From contig CAVYJM010000006.1 of NCBI GenBank assembly GCA_963768855.1, forward strand, positions 512,001 through 576,000: a DNA stretch of 64,000 nucleotides, written 5' to 3'. The notes below the pieces were generated by a model that saw nothing but the letters and a program-made list of their open reading frames with translations, made no database searches and was not told the DNA's origin. Shown in pieces: positions 58,775 through 64,000 of the stretch. The position numbers and the translations under genes were made by a program. Numbering within the stretch: position 1 is the first letter of the stretch; the number at the start of each line of letters is the position of its first letter. This stretch comes from an uncultured Thermoplasmata archaeon (GTDB lineage Archaea > Thermoplasmatota > Thermoplasmata > RBG-16-68-12).

Positions 58775-60025
58775 ATGGCGCATGCCGCAAAGGTCCTCCT
58801 GAACGTCCCGGACATCAAGAAGGACTTCCCGATCCTCCATCGCAAGATGCGGGACAAGCCCCTCACGTACCTCGACAGCACGGCGACCTCGCAGAAGCCG
58901 CAGCAGGTCATCGACGCCGTCGTCGACTTCTACTCGCGGTACAACGCGAACGTCCACCGGGCGATCTACGAGCTCGGCGAGGAGGCCACGCGCGCATACG
59001 AGGGCGCTCGGGAGCGGATCGCGGAGTTCATCGGTGCGAAGGACCCCATGGAGATCGCCTTCACGAAATCCACGACGGAGTCCCTCAACCTCGTCGCGTA
59101 CGGCTACGGGCTGAAGAGCGGGCGCCTCAAGGAAGGCGACGAGATCCTGGGCACGGTCCTCGAGCACCACTCCAACCACGTGCCCTGGCACTTCGTCCGG
59201 GACCTGAAGGGCGTCGCGCTGAAGTACGTCGACGTGGACGACGAAGGCCATCTCCGCATGGAGCAGTACGACGACCTGATCACGAAGCGCACGAAGATCG
59301 TCACGGTCGCGCACGTGTCGAACGTCTTGGGCACGATCAGCGACGTGAAGGAGATCGCGAGGCGCGCGCACGAAGTCGGTGCCGTGTGCGTCGTCGATGC
59401 GGCGCAGAGCGTGCCCCACATGCCGGTCGACGTCCGCGCGCTCGACTGCGACTTCTTCGCCTTCAGCGGGCACAAGATGCTCGGGCCCACCGGCATCGGC
59501 ATCCTCTACGGCAAGAAGGAGATGCTCGAGGTCACCGAGCCTCTCCTCGGCGGTGGGGAGATGATCAGCGAGGTCCACCTGGGGTCCGCGAAATGGAACG
59601 ACGTGCCCTACAAGTTCGAGGGCGGCACGCCGAACATCGCCGGCGCGATCGGCCTCGGGGCCGCGGTCGACTACCTCGCGAAGCTCGGCATGCCCGCCGT
59701 GCGGCAGCACGAGATGGAGCTGACGGCGTACGCGCTCAAGGAGCTCGCGGCCGTCGAGGGCCTGCGGACCTACGGGCCGAAGTCCGTCGCGGAGCGGGGC
59801 GGCGTCGTCTCCTTCACGATGGAGAAGGCCCACCCGCACGACATCGCGTCCATCCTTGACGTCGAGGGCGTCTGCATCCGCTCGGGGCACCACTGCGCCC
59901 AGCCCCTCATGGACCGCTACGATCTCGCCGCGACCGCCCGGGCTTCCTTTTACGTATACAACGACGTCGAGGACGTGGACCGCCTCGTGGTGGCCCTCCA
60001 GAAGGTCAATGAGGTGTTCGGCTAG
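58775..60025 (+). CDS. sufS: Class II cysteine desulfurase
   Basis: YLDSTATSQKP, FSGHKMLGPTGIG and RSGHHCAQP motifs. Confidence 0.96.
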   Translation: MAHAAKVLLNVPDIKKDFPILHRKMRDKPLTYLDSTATSQKPQQVIDAVVDFYSRYNANVHRAIYELGEEATRAYEGARERIAEFIGAKDPMEIAFTKSTTESLNLVAYGYGLKSGRLKEGDEILGTVLEHHSNHVPWHFVRDLKGVALKYVDVDDEGHLRMEQYDDLITKRTKIVTVAHVSNVLGTISDVKEIARRAHEVGAVCVVDAAQSVPHMPVDVRALDCDFFAFSGHKMLGPTGIGILYGKKEMLEVTEPLLGGGEMISEVHLGSAKWNDVPYKFEGGTPNIAGAIGLGAAVDYLAKLGMPAVRQHEMELTAYALKELAAVEGLRTYGPKSVAERGGVVSFTMEKAHPHDIASILDVEGVCIRSGHHCAQPLMDRYDLAATARASFYVYNDVEDVDRLVVALQKVNEVFG

Positions 60026-60421
60026 ATGGCACCCGGCCCGGGGCCGTACCAGGCCCAGATCCTCGACCACTACAAGCACCCGCACAACCGCGGCGTGCTG
60101 GAGTCCGCGACCCACACGTCCCGCGAAGCGAACCCCCTGTGCGGGGACGAGATCGTCCTCGCGCTCCGCGTCGACGGGACGGGCCGGATCGAGGACGCCC
60201 GCTTCGAGGGCGAGGGCTGCGCGATTAGCATGGCGAGCGCCTCCCTGCTGACGGACGCACTCAAGGGGAAGACGCTCGAGGAGGCGCGGGCCCTGGACCG
60301 GCCCACGGTGCTCGGCTCCCTGGGCGTCCCCCTGAGCGCGGTGCGGGAGCAATGCGCCCTGCTGCCCCTGCGAGCCTTGCAGGCCGCCCTGGCCCCGCCC
60401 GTGCCGGCGCAAGGGCATTAA
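60026..60421 (+). CDS. Second U-type protein (short IscU/NifU-like)
   Basis: ILDHYKHP, NPLCGD, GCAISMASAS and REQCALL motifs; no long insertion. Confidence 0.9.
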   Translation: MAPGPGPYQAQILDHYKHPHNRGVLESATHTSREANPLCGDEIVLALRVDGTGRIEDARFEGEGCAISMASASLLTDALKGKTLEEARALDRPTVLGSLGVPLSAVREQCALLPLRALQAALAPPVPAQGH

Positions 60422-60449
60422 ACCTCGGCCGGTTGGCCCCCCTGGCACC

Positions 60450-61379
60450 ATGGCTCCGACCCGATCCGAACCGAAGGCGTCGAACGTGTGCGACCTGATC
60501 GGCCGCACGCCCCTCCTGCGCTTGGACCGGATCTGGCAGGACGTCATCCCCGGCGTCGAGCTCTACGCGAAGGCGGAGTGGGACAACCCGGGCGGGAGCG
60601 TGAAGGACCGCGCCGTGCTCTACATGCTCCGGGACGCGGAGAAGCGCGGCCTCACCCCGAAGTGGACCCTCCTCGACGCCACGTCGGGGAACACGGGGAT
60701 CGCGCTGGCGATGCTGGGAGCTGCTGAGGGCTTCCACGTCACCCTGTGCGTCCCCAAGAACCTCAGCACGGAGCGCCGACGAATCCTGCGTGCGTTCGGG
60801 GCCGATCTCGTGTTCACCCCGGCCACGGAGGGCACGGACGGCGCACAGCGCGTCGCCCGGTCCATGGCGGACTCCGCCCCGGACCGGTACTGGTACTTCG
60901 ACCAGTACAACAACGAGGCGAACTGGCGCGCGCACTTCGAGACGACCGGTCCGGAGATCTACGAGCAGACGGGGGGACGCATCACACACTTTGTCGCCTG
61001 CCTCGGCACGACCGGAACGTTCGTCGGCGCGGGCAAGTTCCTGCGGAGCAAGCTCCCGTCCATCCAGCTCGTGGCCGTGCAGCCGGACAGCCCGTTCCAC
61101 GGCATCGAGGGCGTGAAGCACCTCGAGACCGCGAAGGTCCCGGGGATCTGGGAGGCGGGGCTCCCGGACCAGACGATGACCGTGGCCACGGAGGATGCCC
61201 AGGCCGCGGCTCGCCGGATCGCGCGGGAGGAGGGCTACCTCGTTGGCACCTCGAGCGGCGCCGCCCTGGACGCTGGGCTGCGGCTCGCGGAGCGGATCCG
61301 GGACGGGGTCGTCGTGATGGTCTTCCCCGATGCGGGCGACAAGTACCTCGGGGACCGTTACTGGGAGGAGGCGATCTGA
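60450..61379 (+). CDS. cysM: PLP-dependent cysteine synthase, CysM type
   Basis: KAEWDNPGGSVKDR, ATSGNTG, GTTGT, GIEGVKHL and GTSSGA motifs. Confidence 0.92.
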   Translation: MAPTRSEPKASNVCDLIGRTPLLRLDRIWQDVIPGVELYAKAEWDNPGGSVKDRAVLYMLRDAEKRGLTPKWTLLDATSGNTGIALAMLGAAEGFHVTLCVPKNLSTERRRILRAFGADLVFTPATEGTDGAQRVARSMADSAPDRYWYFDQYNNEANWRAHFETTGPEIYEQTGGRITHFVACLGTTGTFVGAGKFLRSKLPSIQLVAVQPDSPFHGIEGVKHLETAKVPGIWEAGLPDQTMTVATEDAQAAARRIAREEGYLVGTSSGAALDAGLRLAERIRDGVVVMVFPDAGDKYLGDRYWEEAI

Positions 61380-61795
61380 TCGTCACGCTCACCCGCGCGC
61401 ACATCGAGGCGATTGGGGCTCACGCCCGCGAGACGTATCCGGAGGAGTGCTGCGGCTTCCTCCTGGGACCTCCGACGGAGCCGAGGACGGTGGCCTCGTT
61501 GCGGCGCGCCACGAACGTGGCCGAGACGAACCGGGCACGGCGGTACGTGATCGACCCGCGCGAGACCCTCGCGGTCGAGAAGGACCTGTCCGGAACCGGC
61601 GCGGAGATCCTCGGCTTCTACCACAGCCACCCAGACCATCCTGCGGAGCCCTCCGAGTTCGACCGCTCGCACGCGTGGCCATGGTATTCGTACGTCATCC
61701 TGAGCATCGTCGAGCGGGAGCCTGCGGACCTGCGCGCGTGGACGCTGGACGGGGACACGTCGACCTTTCGGTCCGAGTCCCTCTCCATCCCGTGA
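61376..61795 (+). CDS. JAMM/MPN+ metallopeptidase (Mec-like)
   Basis: PEECCGFLLG and GFYHSHPDHPAEPSEFD (E...HxH...S..D). No ATG/GTG/TTG start found; CTG proposed. Confidence 0.92.
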   Translation: MIVTLTRAHIEAIGAHARETYPEECCGFLLGPPTEPRTVASLRRATNVAETNRARRYVIDPRETLAVEKDLSGTGAEILGFYHSHPDHPAEPSEFDRSHAWPWYSYVILSIVEREPADLRAWTLDGDTSTFRSESLSIP

Positions 61796-61798
61796 GGT

Positions 61799-62422
61799 TC
61801 ATGCGGGCGGGTCGGGAACCGCGGCGGGCGCTTGCGGCTCGGTCCTCGACATGAGGAATCCGCCGAAGGCGATTTCCCACAGGAGGACTGGATAGGCGAT
61901 CATTCGCTCCATGCCGCCGAAACCGATGCCCGCATACTGTCCTGCGACGAAGAGGACGAGGGCCACGAGGCCGACGAGGCCAAGCACCGCGGAGATGTAG
62001 CGGATCGGCGGCGGGGTCCGAAGGGAGATCAGGATCGCTACGAGGCCGCCGAAGAAGAACGAAACGAAGGCGAAGACCGCGTGGGGCGCGCCCGTGGTCT
62101 CCGGGAAGAGGCCGACCCCGATGGGCCCGATCCCCGCCAGGGCGAAGGGGAGCGTGATCCAGAGCCTCTTGTGCGTGCGGTGGTAGAGGTAGGCGGCCGC
62201 CAACGTGAGGATTCCGAGAAGCGCCACGGAGACGTTGAAGAGGAGGGCGGTCGAGTCGACGCCAAGGTCGCTGATCGCGTTCGTCGAGATGCTGTAGTTC
62301 GGGCGCATGCCCTCGGCGACGAGCATCGCGAGGACGAACTGCAACGATCCGAGGAAGAAGAGGAAGCCCGCGAGTGTCCGGTCGTCGGTACGCATGCCGC
62401 CGCCCATCCATCCGTCGGCCAT
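61799..62422 (-). CDS. DUF998-family membrane protein
   Basis: YSISTNAISDLG, GVGLFPE, H..FA and GGMER...YP motifs; multiple TM segments. Confidence 0.8.
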   Translation of the reverse strand: MADGWMGGGMRTDDRTLAGFLFFLGSLQFVLAMLVAEGMRPNYSISTNAISDLGVDSTALLFNVSVALLGILTLAAAYLYHRTHKRLWITLPFALAGIGPIGVGLFPETTGAPHAVFAFVSFFFGGLVAILISLRTPPPIRYISAVLGLVGLVALVLFVAGQYAGIGFGGMERMIAYPVLLWEIAFGGFLMSRTEPQAPAAVPDPPA

Positions 62423-62574
62423 AATCGTTTTCCCCGAATGGGATGAGAACCCCGGTAACCCGGGGGCCTATTCCGATGGGCGCTAGCCGTTGCGTGAATC
62501 CCCTTATAGATGTCGTCCCTCCCGTAGGGCGGCGGCGGAAGACCTAAGTAGAACAGCGGTGTGAGAGAGATTCC

Positions 62575-64000
62575 ATGGGCGCGAAGATCAAGGTCCTCAT
62601 CCCCACGCCGCTCCGTGCGTACGCGGCGAACCAGGACACGATCGAGCTCCAGGCCGAGGACGTCCGGGAGGCGCTCGGCACGCTCGTCGGCAAGTACGAA
62701 GCGCTGCGCCGCCACCTCTACACGGACGAAGGCCATCTCCGCAACTTCGTCAACGTCTACCTGAACGAGGAGGACATCCGCTACCTGCAACGGGAGGCCA
62801 CCCCGCTCAAGGACGGCGACACGATCTCGATCGTCCCGAGCATCGCAGGCGGGTCGAACTCCGTTCTGGAGTCCGTCGCATCGCGGCGCAAGGACATCCT
62901 GACCCCCGCGGAGATCAAGCGCTACTCGCGCCACCTCATCCTTCCAGACGTCGGGATGGCGGGGCAGCTCAGGCTCAAACAGTCCTCGGCGCTCGTCGTC
63001 GGCGCAGGCGGCCTCGGCAACCCCTTGCTGCAGTACCTCGGCGCTGCCGGCGTCGGGCGGATTGGGATCGTTGACTTCGACACGATTGACGTCACGAATC
63101 TGCAGCGCCAGGTGATGTACGGCACGAAGGACATCGGGCGGAAGAAGCTCGAGGTCGCGAAGGAGCGCGTGCAGGCGATCAACCCGAACGTGGACGTGCA
63201 GACGTACGAGGAGCGGCTCACCTCGGAGAACGTGCTCGGGATCCTGAAGGACTACGACGTCGTGATCGACGGGACGGACAACTTCCCGACTCGCTACCTG
63301 GTGAACGACGCGTCCGTCCTCCTGGGCAAGCCGAACGTCTACGGCTCCATCTTCCGGTTCGAGGGCCAGGCCAGCGTCTTCTGGGCCTCGAAGGGCCCGT
63401 GCTACCGCTGCCTCTATGCTGAACCGCCACCGCCGGGGCTCGTGCCTTCCTGTGCGGAAGGCGGCGTCCTCGGCGTCCTGCCGGGCATCATCGGTTCAAT
63501 CCAGGCGGTCGAGGCGATCAAGGTCCTCCTGGGCAAGGGCGACACCCTGGTCGGGCGGCTCCTCGTCTTCGACGCGCTGAAGATGAAGTTCCGGGAGCTC
63601 AAGCTCCGCAAGAACCCGGACTGCCCGATCTGCGGGACCCACCCGACGATCAAGGAGCTGATCGACTACGAGGAGTTCTGCGGCCTGAATGCCCCGAGCG
63701 AGCAGGTGAGCGAGGAGTTCCAGATCACGCCCGAAGAGCTCAAGGCGAAGCTGGACGACGGCGGGAACGTCGTCCTGCTCGACGTCCGCGAGCCGCTCGA
63801 GTGGGAGATCAGCCGCCTCGACGGCGCGATCCTCATGCCCGTCGGCCAGGTGCCCGGGCGCGTGAGCGAGCTCAGCACCGCGGACGAGATCGTCGTGTAC
63901 TGCAAGAGCGGCATGCGCTCCGCGCGGATCACGAACTTCCTCCGGGAACTGGGCTTCCGCAAGGTGAAGAACCTCGCGGGCGGGATCGACGAGTGGGCCG
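62575..64000 (+). CDS. Ubiquitin-like sulfur carrier (CysO/MoaD) :: E1-like adenylyltransferase :: rhodanese fusion (MoeZ-like), truncated by window end
   Basis: Manual translation: UBL ending SIAGG at aa 93 (62853), then RYSRH, GAGGLG, CYRC, PSCAEGG, CPIC, and rhodanese DVRE...YCKSGMRS. Not in the ORF track (no stop). Confidence 0.93.
   Translation, partial: MGAKIKVLIPTPLRAYAANQDTIELQAEDVREALGTLVGKYEALRRHLYTDEGHLRNFVNVYLNEEDIRYLQREATPLKDGDTISIVPSIAGGSNSVLESVASRRKDILTPAEIKRYSRHLILPDVGMAGQLRLKQSSALVVGAGGLGNPLLQYLGAAGVGRIGIVDFDTIDVTNLQRQVMYGTKDIGRKKLEVAKERVQAINPNVDVQTYEERLTSENVLGILKDYDVVIDGTDNFPTRYLVNDASVLLGKPNVYGSIFRFEGQASVFWASKGPCYRCLYAEPPPPGLVPSCAEGGVLGVLPGIIGSIQAVEAIKVLLGKGDTLVGRLLVFDALKMKFRELKLRKNPDCPICGTHPTIKELIDYEEFCGLNAPSEQVSEEFQITPEELKAKLDDGGNVVLLDVREPLEWEISRLDGAILMPVGQVPGRVSELSTADEIVVYCKSGMRSARITNFLRELGFRKVKNLAGGIDEWA

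Overview
High-GC archaeal chromosomal segment, most consistent with an uncultured Thermoplasmata lineage (inference from aRF1, aIF2-gamma, rps6e, pelota, Pth2, archaeosine TGT, Pcc1, TFB and split MetE). No rRNA, CRISPR, transposase or prophage was seen. Layout: (1) 1-15 kb: glycosyltransferases plus a UGM-like flavoenzyme, thiD, thpR, pyrH, aRF1, argS, a 1039-aa PKD/CARDB-type surface protein, an anion permease and pcm; (2) 15-23 kb: translation and tRNA genes (tRNA-Ala, cysS, rps6e, eif2g, pelota, pth2) with several unannotated micro-ORFs; (3) 23-29 kb: a signalling cluster (KaiC-like ATPase, soluble multi-PAS/GAF histidine kinase, REC-X-wHTH regulator, lone REC, wHTH); (4) 29-34 kb: tRNA-modification genes wrapped around tRNA-Gln; (5) 34-49 kb: central metabolism (ALDH, two fumarase classes, TFB, 2-oxoacid:ferredoxin oxidoreductase, TrmB, FAD oxidoreductase, orphan nuoB-nuoI); (6) 49-64 kb: a sulfur/Fe-S island (split MetE, SufT-like, ferritin-like, A-type carrier, sufBCD-U-S-U, CysM, JAMM peptidase, and a ubiquitin-like::E1::rhodanese fusion running off the end). 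The best candidate novel system is the CysM + JAMM + UBL-E1-rhodanese module next to SUF. Also notable are the signalling cluster, two palindromic operator motifs each found at two promoters, and a tRNA gene overlapping a stop codon. All family assignments come from motif recognition by eye, not database searches.
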